This document shows positions 55,728 through 64,000 of a stretch of DNA of 64,000 nucleotides, piece by piece. The notes below the pieces were generated by a model. It ran no database searches, was not told the origin of the DNA, and saw only the letters and a program-made list of their open reading frames with translations. The stretch's first letter is position 1; each line of letters opens with the position of its first letter. This DNA comes from a virus. Its lineage: Duplodnaviria > Caudoviricetes. The stretch spans positions 64,001 to 128,000 of the IMG/VR virus record IMGVR_UViG_3300021399_000111; one strand, written 5' to 3'. A program made the position numbers and the translations under genes.

Positions 55728-56529
55728 ATACTCTTTTCTTCCTCTTTAATTTAAGTTCTTTTACTTCTAAAGTAGCTGCCGCACTTTTAATGTGATCACA
55801 AATATGGCATTGATCATATGCACATTCTTTTCTACAGCGAGTCCTCGCTGCTCCAAAGATTGGCATAATTCGAGTATTATCAATGTCATCATTTAACTCA
55901 AGAATAATATCTTGAAGTCTTCCTTGCCAACGACCATCGTGATAAATATCGTACAAAACAGGTTGTTTATCAATTGGACCCCAAAATTCTAACACATCAA
56001 CATAAGGTTCATAAACCACAACATCATCGGGACGAATAAAGAATGTCTTTAAATTCGGTGTTAAAAATTTGCTACTAGATTGCGCCACATTAGGATAAAC
56101 TCTAATAGCAATTCCTTTTGCTTTGCAAATAGGAGAAATTCTTTCAAGATAAAAACCTAATTCATTGGCGACATAGATATCACTTACACCACAATTAATA
56201 ACGCCTTCAAAATCATCAAGAGAAGAAATGGGTTCAATAAAAAAATATGGAAGATTGCATTCATAGAAATCAAATTTACGCTGAGGATGTAATGTTCTAG
56301 ATATTATAAATGCAATGTTTTTATGTGCGGAGGCCGCCGCATTAAAGATTTCATAATCGAGGTATTCTAAATCAACTTCACAAGTATTTACAATTAATCT
56401 CTGCTCTTGTGGAAGCTCTTGCGCAAATCGAATAAGATCTTTTTCTCCACTTTCAGTATATTTAATTATAATTTCGTCTGCCTTAGGCAAGACTCTACAA
56501 TTCCTATAAAAATTTATAGCGTATTTCAT
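55663..56529 (-). CDS. Peptidase U32-like TIM-barrel protein with Cys cluster
   Basis: GVSDIYV, FFIRPDDV..YE..VD, CxxxCxxxxCxxC. Confidence 0.5.
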   Translation of the reverse strand: MKYAINFYRNCRVLPKADEIIIKYTESGEKDLIRFAQELPQEQRLIVNTCEVDLEYLDYEIFNAAASAHKNIAFIISRTLHPQRKFDFYECNLPYFFIEPISSLDDFEGVINCGVSDIYVANELGFYLERISPICKAKGIAIRVYPNVAQSSSKFLTPNLKTFFIRPDDVVVYEPYVDVLEFWGPIDKQPVLYDIYHDGRWQGRLQDIILELNDDIDNTRIMPIFGAARTRCRKECAYDQCHICDHIKSAAATLEVKELKLKRKKRVYEHDLDGNNLQDDSGTTESDT

Positions 56530-56630
56530 GTATATAAAACTCCTTTTTATTTCTTAATAATATTATAACAAAAAATTGGCGGAAAGTCAACCCGACCTTC
56601 CGCCAACCTTTATGTTCAATACTATTTATA

Positions 56631-57023
56631 TTACTCCTCGGGGAGCTTATAAACCATTCTCTTCTTGCCATCCTCGGTCTTGGCAGGGCTCTTCACGATA
56701 GAGCCGTCCTTCTCAAGCTGGGTCAGCCGAGCGATAACCTTGGCACGAGTCACTTCCTCGTCGTTGATTGCGGCAACGATGTCATCCGCAGTCTGCCACT
56801 CGTCAGTTACCTGAGCAAGCACATTAGCCTTCAGCTCATCACCAGCCGCCTTCTTCTTCGCAGCCTGCTCCTTTGCCTTCACCGCCTTAGCATCGATCTG
56901 CGCGACCTGCTTATCAATGAACTCCAGGACCTCGTCGGCAGTGAACTCACCAACCGCATCAGAATTCTCGACCATTACTCTCAGTGCATTGAAATAATCT
57001 CTCTTAGTTGCCTTCTTTTCCAT
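56631..57023 (-). CDS. HTH-containing protein
   Basis: TADDIV...TRAKVIARLTQLEKDG; GC-rich highly expressed codon bias. Confidence 0.6.
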   Translation of the reverse strand: MEKKATKRDYFNALRVMVENSDAVGEFTADEVLEFIDKQVAQIDAKAVKAKEQAAKKKAAGDELKANVLAQVTDEWQTADDIVAAINDEEVTRAKVIARLTQLEKDGSIVKSPAKTEDGKKRMVYKLPEE

Positions 57024-57178
57024 TTTCTTTTCTCCTTTTTACTATTGTTTTTTGTTTTTTCTTTACTTTCTATATATATTATAGCAAAATCTTTTTTAAA
57101 AGTCAAGGAATTTTTTATTTTTATTTTTTATTTTAAAAACTTCCTTTCCTTTCTTACAAATACATTATATCAAAATTT

Positions 57179-58918
57179 TTATTGAAAATCAAATATTGGT
57201 TCTGCAAGATTACGAGTTGCGGGTTTCAATCCAGTTGTAATATGCTGTTTAACAAAATCACTAGTTGGTGAATAGACTTCTTTACTAAAAACCCCATCAT
57301 AATCATCATCAAAACAATCTGTGTATGTCATTTTTTGAAAAAGATCATTAGGAGTTTTAAGTAACTTTTCAGCGCAAGCAGGACAGCATTGATATGCAAC
57401 CATTGAATTTTCAACAAAATTAGAACCTCCTCTTACATAGAGTAATTCTCCATAATGATATTCACTTTCATTATAGCGTCTCTCTGCGGTAAGGCAATCT
57501 TCTGTTAAGCGAATAAAAGGCGTTTTTTGCGGAGTCCATCTTGTTTTTTGAATAAAAGGCTTCCCGCAATCAGGACAAATTTTTACTAACTTATCCCAAC
57601 ACTCTTGACAGATTTTTCTCCCATTAAGATGTCCGACTAATAAATCTTTAGACACACAATTGCATACATCACAGATAAAATACTCTAGGCAATCTTCGCA
57701 TACTAACTGACTAGTATCGGTATATCTTTCATTATAGTCATCTTCTTCGTAAAAATCTGAACTTCGCTTAAGTGCTTCTTTTCCACAACAAAGACAGGGT
57801 GCTTTGCCAGAATATCTAATAATAGTATTCTTTTTAACCTTATTTCTTACGCAGTAATAGTGGGTAGCCGCATGATCATTAAGCATATCATTATACATAC
57901 CTCTTGTATCGAAGATAATGTTATGCTTCTTAACATTACCATACCTAATCCAACGGCGGTTTTGCTCCATACGATAATTAGTACCAATGTGCGCCATATC
58001 TTGATACTCTTCAATACCATATTCATAAGTATGGTTCCAATTCACTTCTGCAAGATGGCGGAGTTCTTTTAAAATGGTTTCAGTCATTTGATAGTTCTGA
58101 AATGGATATGCCTTCCCGCTTACAATGATTTCTTTAGTGCAATAAAAAAGCTGCCGCCATTTCTTATTATTCCATGTATCTTCATAACCAGGCTTACCAA
58201 ATGAAAAATCAGAACTACTTTCGAGATAGGCACAAATAACATTATTAGAATTCATCATTTCTACAGTGCCAATTCTATAGCATCCATCCTCCATCCAGCT
58301 CATACAAGATTGCCAAGAACTATCATTGTCACTCATTGTTAAAAAGTCTAAAGGATGAATAGATAAGCATAAATCCCCATGGAGCGTTTTTTCATTCAAA
58401 ATCATTGAATGTTTAATGCGGATTCGCTCAAACTCTTTCTGTATTTCTTGGTCATCTGGGAGAAGGTAGTTAATTACTTTTGAAATTGCTCTTATAGGCT
58501 TCATCCCAATTTGGATTTGAAGAGTTCTATTTCTTGAAGGCAATTTAATTTTAATAGGATATTCTACTTTATCATTCACAAAAGTGGAAACATTATACAA
58601 TCTATTTATAAGTCTCTTTTCTTCATCAGAAAGAGCATCTATCTTAGCTATAGCTAAAACTAATTTATCCCAAAAGCCATCTCCCGCCAATCCCGTAAGT
58701 AATGTATCTAATTCATCATTAGAAAACTCATAGGTAAAAGGAATCTTATGAATTAATTTACCGCCCAATAAATGAAATAACTTCTTATTAGATTCCGCCC
58801 AACATTTTAAATATTCATCATTTCCGATATATACCTGTTCAGGAACTCCATAAGAACATATAAAATTTTTAATTTTTCTATTATCTTCTTCTGTTAAATA
58901 ATCAAAAAGATTAAGCAT
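57179..58918 (-). CDS. Phage hypothetical protein with multiple Zn fingers
   Basis: SIHPLDFLTMS..W.SC motif; several CxxC pairs. Confidence 0.65.
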   Translation of the reverse strand: MLNLFDYLTEEDNRKIKNFICSYGVPEQVYIGNDEYLKCWAESNKKLFHLLGGKLIHKIPFTYEFSNDELDTLLTGLAGDGFWDKLVLAIAKIDALSDEEKRLINRLYNVSTFVNDKVEYPIKIKLPSRNRTLQIQIGMKPIRAISKVINYLLPDDQEIQKEFERIRIKHSMILNEKTLHGDLCLSIHPLDFLTMSDNDSSWQSCMSWMEDGCYRIGTVEMMNSNNVICAYLESSSDFSFGKPGYEDTWNNKKWRQLFYCTKEIIVSGKAYPFQNYQMTETILKELRHLAEVNWNHTYEYGIEEYQDMAHIGTNYRMEQNRRWIRYGNVKKHNIIFDTRGMYNDMLNDHAATHYYCVRNKVKKNTIIRYSGKAPCLCCGKEALKRSSDFYEEDDYNERYTDTSQLVCEDCLEYFICDVCNCVSKDLLVGHLNGRKICQECWDKLVKICPDCGKPFIQKTRWTPQKTPFIRLTEDCLTAERRYNESEYHYGELLYVRGGSNFVENSMVAYQCCPACAEKLLKTPNDLFQKMTYTDCFDDDYDGVFSKEVYSPTSDFVKQHITTGLKPATRNLAEPIFDFQ

Positions 58919-59178
58919 TAGTTTTTAGCTCCTTGCTGTTCCCAGATTTCTGATACTCTTGTTTGGATTCTCCTTTTGTCATAATCAGTGAGATCTCCAG
59001 GATTGATCCCTGTTTCTAGGTATACTGTTTGTTCAATATCATTAGGATGATACCCACAAGCAATATAATCAGCGAAAGTTTTGATAATTTTATCTGCTGC
59101 TTCATCACTATTCATTACATAATAGTCAAAAGCAGGACCTAATCCAGTGATATTAAACATGACATTCTCTCTCCTCAT
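58918..59178 (-). CDS. Hypothetical protein
   Basis: ORF track; likely start MFNITG. Confidence 0.55.
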   Translation of the reverse strand: MRRENVMFNITGLGPAFDYYVMNSDEAADKIIKTFADYIACGYHPNDIEQTVYLETGINPGDLTDYDKRRIQTRVSEIWEQQGAKN

Positions 59179-59246
59179 TTTCTATAAATATTATATCATA
59201 ATTTTTATAAAAAATCAAAAAAGTGCGGCGGGCCAGCCTTGGGATC

Positions 59247-59426
59247 TCACTGGCTGCCGCCACCTTCTTTTTTAACAATAGGAATAAAGAATTCACATTC
59301 CTTAATATTTGGATTATAGAATTCACTAACGGTGTAGATACCGGGGCCGTGAGACCGGCCCCTCTCACACTCCTCTTTATGAGGACAGTTGGTTGAATTA
59401 CAAAGACAAATATCATATTCAAACAT
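59247..59426 (-). CDS. Small Cys-rich protein, 59 aa (MFEYDICLCNSTNCPHKEECER...)
   Basis: Manual translation; DIxxC...CP.K..C.R pattern; replaces track ORF 59153-59422. Confidence 0.65.
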   Translation of the reverse strand: MFEYDICLCNSTNCPHKEECERGRSHGPGIYTVSEFYNPNIKECEFFIPIVKKEGGGSQ

Positions 59427-59430
59427 TATA

Positions 59431-60348
59431 TTATCCTTCTCTCATTTTGCATCTAGTCATAACAGTTACATGAGCATTATCTTCATACTTATCTTCGATT
59501 AAATCCTTAATCGTACCAGATAAGAGTAATTTCTCTCCTTCCTCAAAAGGGATCTGCACTGCGGTAAACCATTTAATAATTGAGCCTTCTTCGGTTTCAA
59601 AAACAACAATTTGAGAATACCCAAATTTGCTAGTAAAACCAATCACTTTGTTAAGAGTGACAGGAAGGTCAGTGATTTTATCTTTGACTTCACCAATCCA
59701 CTGAGATTCATGCTCAGGACGCGGGCGGGCTGCTTTCATGATGCTAGCAACCTTGTCTTTTGCACCCTCAATATAGTGTGCATCTCCCCAAGCAGACACT
59801 TCCGCAATATCACGAAGTGCAATTTCAACAACCTTATCTTCATATCCTTCAGGGACTTCCGCAATATGCCAAAGTAGAGTGTAATCAAAGACAAAACCGA
59901 CTTCTTTGAGCTGCTCTTTGACATTAAAGCTATCCGCAGGAAAATATGCAAAAGTAGTTTCATTCTGGTTGAAGCCATGCTCATTAAGCCATTTCTTATG
60001 CTTTTCCGCAAACTCTTTCTTCATCTTCTCTTCACGCTCTTGTTCTTTCTTTTCAGAAGCTCGTGCATTTGCCTGTTCCATCTTTTCATACTCGGTATCG
60101 GTGTAGAGGCGAATTTCCTTGGTAATATATTTTGCCCCTTTACATTGATAACAAATTCCTTGATCTACAGGAATTGGAATTAATCTATCATTTTCAACTC
60201 TAGCAACAATAATTCCAAGACCGCCACATCTAGGACATTTTGTTCTTGCTTTTGTATAAAGTTTTCCACTCTTTTCAAAAGGCTCTCCAATTCTTTCCCA
60301 ATTTTTATAAGTTTTTGCGGTCATTAATTTTCTTTCCATAAAAATCAC
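59431..60348 (-). CDS. Zn-finger plus C-terminal OB-fold-like protein
   Basis: CPRCGG.G, CYQCKG; SQWIGEV...FG.. Confidence 0.6.
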   Translation of the reverse strand: MIFMERKLMTAKTYKNWERIGEPFEKSGKLYTKARTKCPRCGGLGIIVARVENDRLIPIPVDQGICYQCKGAKYITKEIRLYTDTEYEKMEQANARASEKKEQEREEKMKKEFAEKHKKWLNEHGFNQNETTFAYFPADSFNVKEQLKEVGFVFDYTLLWHIAEVPEGYEDKVVEIALRDIAEVSAWGDAHYIEGAKDKVASIMKAARPRPEHESQWIGEVKDKITDLPVTLNKVIGFTSKFGYSQIVVFETEEGSIIKWFTAVQIPFEEGEKLLLSGTIKDLIEDKYEDNAHVTVMTRCKMREG

Positions 60349-60427
60349 CCCTCTCTTTATCTTACATATATATTATATCAAAAATTTTATAAAAAATAAA
60401 GTGGGCGGTATATACCGCCCACCCGCA

Positions 60428-60922
60428 TCAATAGGAATCTTCAAAATAAATATTAAAATCGTTGATGGTGATAGGATCTTCTTCATCCTCTTCCTCTTCC
60501 GTAAGCGCAATAAGGAATTCCCTGATAAGGAAGATCTGATTAGCAAGAGAACGAATTGCTACATGCCAATCCCAAATACAACCACCATCATAAAAACCAT
60601 TATTTTCAAGGACTTCGTTCCAATTATCTTCATTAAGGAAGAACTTAAGAACATTAATAACCCGCTCAAGATCCTCTTTGGAGTCAAAATACATTTCTCC
60701 ACCCTGACCATCGTATTCTTTGTCTTTGAAAGTGTCAAGGATCATTCTGCGGATATTATAGCATTTCCGCCAATAGGCAAATTCATATGCAGTAATACCT
60801 TCTGCATTTACATAACTATCCATATTCGGATAAATAGCATTAACAAACTCCTCAAGCCACTCTTCAGCACGATGATTCTTAGCTTCCACATAAATACCAT
60901 TATCAAGTCCCATATTTATCAA
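60428..60922 (-). CDS. Hypothetical protein
   Basis: MGLD...YWRK pattern; GGAGG RBS. Confidence 0.65.
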   Translation of the reverse strand: MINMGLDNGIYVEAKNHRAEEWLEEFVNAIYPNMDSYVNAEGITAYEFAYWRKCYNIRRMILDTFKDKEYDGQGGEMYFDSKEDLERVINVLKFFLNEDNWNEVLENNGFYDGGCIWDWHVAIRSLANQIFLIREFLIALTEEEEDEEDPITINDFNIYFEDSY

Positions 60923-60935
60923 CCTCCCTCTTTAC

Positions 60936-61136
60936 TTAAATGCTCATCATGCGGTGAACTTCATAATCAGTATGAAGGTCTCCCGCATTAACGAAATCCT
61001 GGATCAGACCCATATCCACGATAGTGGTGGAGCCTCCATTGTCAGAAGGGATCCGCATACCAATATCAAGGATTGCCAGAGATTCAAAACTGGTTTTAGT
61101 TCCCATGTCATCAATGCACCAATAAATAAAAGTCAT
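60936..61136 (-). CDS. Hypothetical protein
   Basis: Promoter and RBS. Confidence 0.5.
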   Translation of the reverse strand: MTFIYWCIDDMGTKTSFESLAILDIGMRIPSDNGGSTTIVDMGLIQDFVNAGDLHTDYEVHRMMSI

Positions 61137-61191
61137 AAAACAAATCCCTCCCTTTTCTTTATCTTATATATATATTATAATATATATTTTA

Positions 61192-61416
61192 TTAATTTTC
61201 AAGTCCGAGTTCTATAATCGCCGCAAGTGTAATTATAACGACTACATCAGAAGCAATAAAGAACAATAATGCAAAAATGGATTGAGTAGGAGTAAGAGCT
61301 ATTCCGCCGTTTTGAATAGCCATTACAAGTACACCTGTAATAAAGGGGAAAAACATTAATATTAATGCGGCAGTGTATCTTCCTATTCGTGCATAAAATT
61401 TTTCCATGTCATTCAT
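61192..61416 (-). CDS. Two-TM membrane protein
   Basis: Hydrophobic segments. Confidence 0.6.
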   Translation of the reverse strand: MNDMEKFYARIGRYTAALILMFFPFITGVLVMAIQNGGIALTPTQSIFALLFFIASDVVVIITLAAIIELGLEN

Positions 61417-61427
61417 ATTTTTCTCTC

Positions 61428-62153
61428 CTAGTCCTCCCTATAGCCGCTGAAGTCAAGTAATACAGGGCGGCCATCTTCCGCAAATCCAATATTTCCAGTA
61501 TGGAGATCCTGACTGAGATTAAAATCTCGTAAAAAAGCACAAAATTCAATTACCTTTTCAAGTCCATACCACTCAATAGCAAGAGCCATCCAATCCTTAT
61601 TAATATAGACAAGTTTGCTTCTATTATCTTCATATTTCTTTTTAGAGTCTTCTGAAGGAGTTACTTCTGTCGTTGCTTTATCAACAAATGCGGTGACCTT
61701 TTCCTGGATATAAAATTTTCGTCCATGAAAAGTCCCAAGAAGTGCGGTTTCCGCAAAGAACTCTTCAAAGCCAGCCTCTACCGCCATATTATATTTAATT
61801 AATTCATTCTCGCAATAGTCCCACTCACTAGCGAAAGAATTATAAAGATCATTTGCATATTCAAAAGGTTGAAAACTATCCTCCTCTTCATCACAATCGT
61901 AAGTCCACATGCCAGAAAAAGGGATCTTAATAACTGCATTGAGAGAATTAGGAATGATAACATATTTGGTGCATCCTTCACCAATAAAAAAGTTCTCATT
62001 GCCCATGATTTTTTCTACTTGATCGCGGACATCTTCAAATTGTGCGCAATCATCGCTATCATCATAAGGACCGAATCCCGCAGGAATATTCAGTCGAGAA
62101 GCAATTTTCTCCAGAGCAGTAATATCTTCTTTTTTAATTCTCATATTAATCAC
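61428..62153 (-). CDS. Protein-kinase-like fold protein
   Basis: IGEG.TK, VIKIP, NE, QEKV, DLHTGNIG, LLDFSG. Confidence 0.75.
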   Translation of the reverse strand: MINMRIKKEDITALEKIASRLNIPAGFGPYDDSDDCAQFEDVRDQVEKIMGNENFFIGEGCTKYVIIPNSLNAVIKIPFSGMWTYDCDEEEDSFQPFEYANDLYNSFASEWDYCENELIKYNMAVEAGFEEFFAETALLGTFHGRKFYIQEKVTAFVDKATTEVTPSEDSKKKYEDNRSKLVYINKDWMALAIEWYGLEKVIEFCAFLRDFNLSQDLHTGNIGFAEDGRPVLLDFSGYRED

Positions 62154-62451
62154 CCCTTTTTTCTTTCTTTCCTTACTTTCTATAAATATTATATCATAAA
62201 TTTTTATAAAAATAAAGGGGGCGCTAAGGCGCCCGCCATCAAGTTAAAAATTTTACTGTATTATTTCGCCTTTTGATTGTTGGATGATTCAAATATTGTA
62301 TATTGTATTATTTTGTTGATTTCACGGCACATTCTTCCTCGTTCGGAATCTTCTGCTTTGTACTTATCAATTATTTTTGCGATTTCTACTACAGCGGTTT
62401 CGTATGGGTTTTTTACCATGTGTGTTTCTCCTTAATTTAATGACATTAGCC

Positions 62452-62724
62452 TTAGCGTCCGCCATCAGTATTGTCAGGGTCTTCCACTACATAAATAGTA
62501 AGATAATTTTTATTTTGATTAAGGAAAATGGCTTCACCATTCTCATTCACATGAAGATACATGTCAGCGATCCACCAAGGAATATCGAGAGGAGTTCCAT
62601 TAAAAACCACTTCCTCTTTCTCTTTGTCAATGTACGCATCCATCTGGACAACTTTTACATTACAAATGAAATCAATATAAGGAATTAATTCTCTTAAAGT
62701 CATTTTATGATTTTCTTTTCTCAT
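62452..62724 (-). CDS. Hypothetical protein
   Basis: Early small-gene array. Confidence 0.5.
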   Translation of the reverse strand: MRKENHKMTLRELIPYIDFICNVKVVQMDAYIDKEKEEVVFNGTPLDIPWWIADMYLHVNENGEAIFLNQNKNYLTIYVVEDPDNTDGGR

Positions 62725-62894
62725 GTTTATTTATTCCTCCTCACCTTTTTTCTGTGGTTTAATCCATTTTTTATAGCACTCTTGAAATATCTCTTTAGTC
62801 ATTACAAGTTGTATTGCATATATTCCATCACCGTATTGCGGCAATGGTGTATAAAGAAATAATTTATCATCATCAAATCTTAATTCTGCCTCAT

Positions 62895-63224
62895 TCATTT
62901 CTCTTTCTCTCTTTTTGCTTTTTCATATCTATATCGTTCAAAGATTTCTTCTTTGAACGCATCAACTAAGGTTTCAATATCTATATAATCGTGTAAAGTT
63001 TCCAACATTTCATAAGAGTATGCACGATTATATCTATATATGTCATAATTAGTTAAGGATAGGTCGAGCCAACCCTTTAATACCATTTCAAATCTATTAA
63101 ATTCGAACTCGATTGTCAATCCTTTATCAGCATATTTGAGAGACAACTCTCCCAATTTACTATAGATTTTTGAGTCTTTCATATTATTTCCCACTTTCTG
63201 TCTTACATATATTGCATTTGCCAT
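62895..63224 (-). CDS. Hypothetical protein
   Basis: Early small-gene array. Confidence 0.5.
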   Translation of the reverse strand: MANAIYVRQKVGNNMKDSKIYSKLGELSLKYADKGLTIEFEFNRFEMVLKGWLDLSLTNYDIYRYNRAYSYEMLETLHDYIDIETLVDAFKEEIFERYRYEKAKREKEK

Positions 63225-63439
63225 GCACTTGGTTCGTTCATTCCCCTATCTTCATGTTGCACTACAGGCTTCCATTTTGATATAAAATCTGAATAGGCTT
63301 GCTTGGTAAACTCTTTAGGCAAGTCTTGGCACGCTCTTTGTGCAAGATATGTGGCATATTCAATTTGCTTTTCAGTTGGTTTTATATTCCTCATAATGCT
63401 CCTTATACTTGTCCATATACCCTTCAATAACATCGTCAT
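63203..63439 (-). CDS. Hypothetical protein (likely start MRNIKPTEKQ)
   Basis: PTEKQ motif. Confidence 0.5.
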   Translation of the reverse strand: MTMLLKGIWTSIRSIMRNIKPTEKQIEYATYLAQRACQDLPKEFTKQAYSDFISKWKPVVQHEDRGMNEPSAWQMQYM

Positions 63440-63605
63440 AGACCCACTCTAATGCTTCAATCCGCCCATCGTTGTAATCGCTATTTCTCCATGGAATACT
63501 GTCATATTCGGCCTTTATCTTAGATCTTATCTCTCCAAGCACTTCATAGACCTCTTGTCTAACTATATTTTTTACTGCGATTTCTAAGTATATCATTCCT
63601 TTCAT
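63372..63605 (-). CDS. Hypothetical protein
   Basis: Overlapping gene array. Confidence 0.5.
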   Translation of the reverse strand: MKGMIYLEIAVKNIVRQEVYEVLGEIRSKIKAEYDSIPWRNSDYNDGRIEALEWVYDDVIEGYMDKYKEHYEEYKTN

Positions 63606-63841
63606 ACTATTTCTCTCCTTCTACCTTGCAAATCAAAATTGGTATAATTAAATACTAAATATCCAAAACAAATAAAGAAATCAAAACATTTATCTCCATT
63701 TTTTCTTTTGCCGCCATTTGATCTTATTTCCCATGCTGGTTTATAACCAGCTTCTTTCCAAGGCTTTTTATAATTAACTAAACCAATGTGTTTTGTGCCT
63801 TTACCCCACCATATATTTAAATAAACTTTATGTGTTGCCAT
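63602..63841 (-). CDS. Hypothetical protein
   Basis: GAGG RBS; overlapping array. Confidence 0.5.
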   Translation of the reverse strand: MATHKVYLNIWWGKGTKHIGLVNYKKPWKEAGYKPAWEIRSNGGKRKNGDKCFDFFICFGYLVFNYTNFDLQGRRREIV

Positions 63842-64000
63842 ATTATTCCTCGCTTTCTACCTTCCTCTAAAAGAAGTCTTTGTATCAAAGCCATGCATAA
63901 TGATTTTGTCATTGTTCGTGGCTCCTTCCGGCTCAGTTTTTTCAGCTTCGGTCTTTTTCATAGAGAAATGCTCCTCAATGGCACTAAAGACTTCTACTGG

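Noticed and set aside
59153-59422. 89-aa track ORF
   Set aside because: Runs through a terminator and promoter; the alternative frame 59247-59426 gives a plausible Cys-rich protein
60401-60991. 196-aa plus-strand ORF and other short plus-strand ORFs
   Set aside because: Shadows of minus-strand genes
1-64000. CRISPR array; stop-codon recoding
   Set aside because: The recurrent intergenic motif is a dispersed promoter, not a repeat-spacer array; genes are intact in code 11, all three stops are used, and no suppressor tRNA was seen

Overview
64-kb segment of a large, AT-rich (~30% GC by eye) tailed phage of a Firmicute, probably a flagellated Clostridia/Lachnospiraceae-type host judging by the FliD, HPr, SH3b-amidase and sigma-A promoters. 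Nearly all genes are on the minus strand. In order: a replication/nucleotide module (primase, DnaB helicase, AAA ATPase, SSB, ThyX-like, ClpP, NAD ligase, GyrA/GyrB with an intervening GIY-YIG gene, RNase H); endolysin/holin and PIN-PhoH; an RNA-repair set (phosphoesterase, PNK-like kinase, RNA ligase); a lone plus-strand flagellar cap gene fliD; a TROVE-like DUF2828/vWA gene; tmRNA and 4 tRNAs; two DUF285/BspA repeat proteins, a GT2 and a modular tail-fibre cluster; a ~7.4-kb island of ~20 tRNAs and many structured ncRNAs; and small early genes. Top findings: (1) tRNA-Glu(UUC) is split at the wobble position by an 845-nt HNH-encoding insertion that has paired ends but no ribozyme core, a candidate protein-spliced phage tRNA intron. 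(2) A family of 6-7 Y-RNA-like ncRNAs (stem, ACAGCAA bulge, stem), two with tRNA-mimic domains (one circularly permuted), is linked to the TROVE-like gene and includes a copy in its leader. (3) The phage carries an ameliorated fliD. (4) GCGG, the core of Firmicute Chi sites, is strongly over-represented. All calls were made by eye from motifs; no database searches were run.
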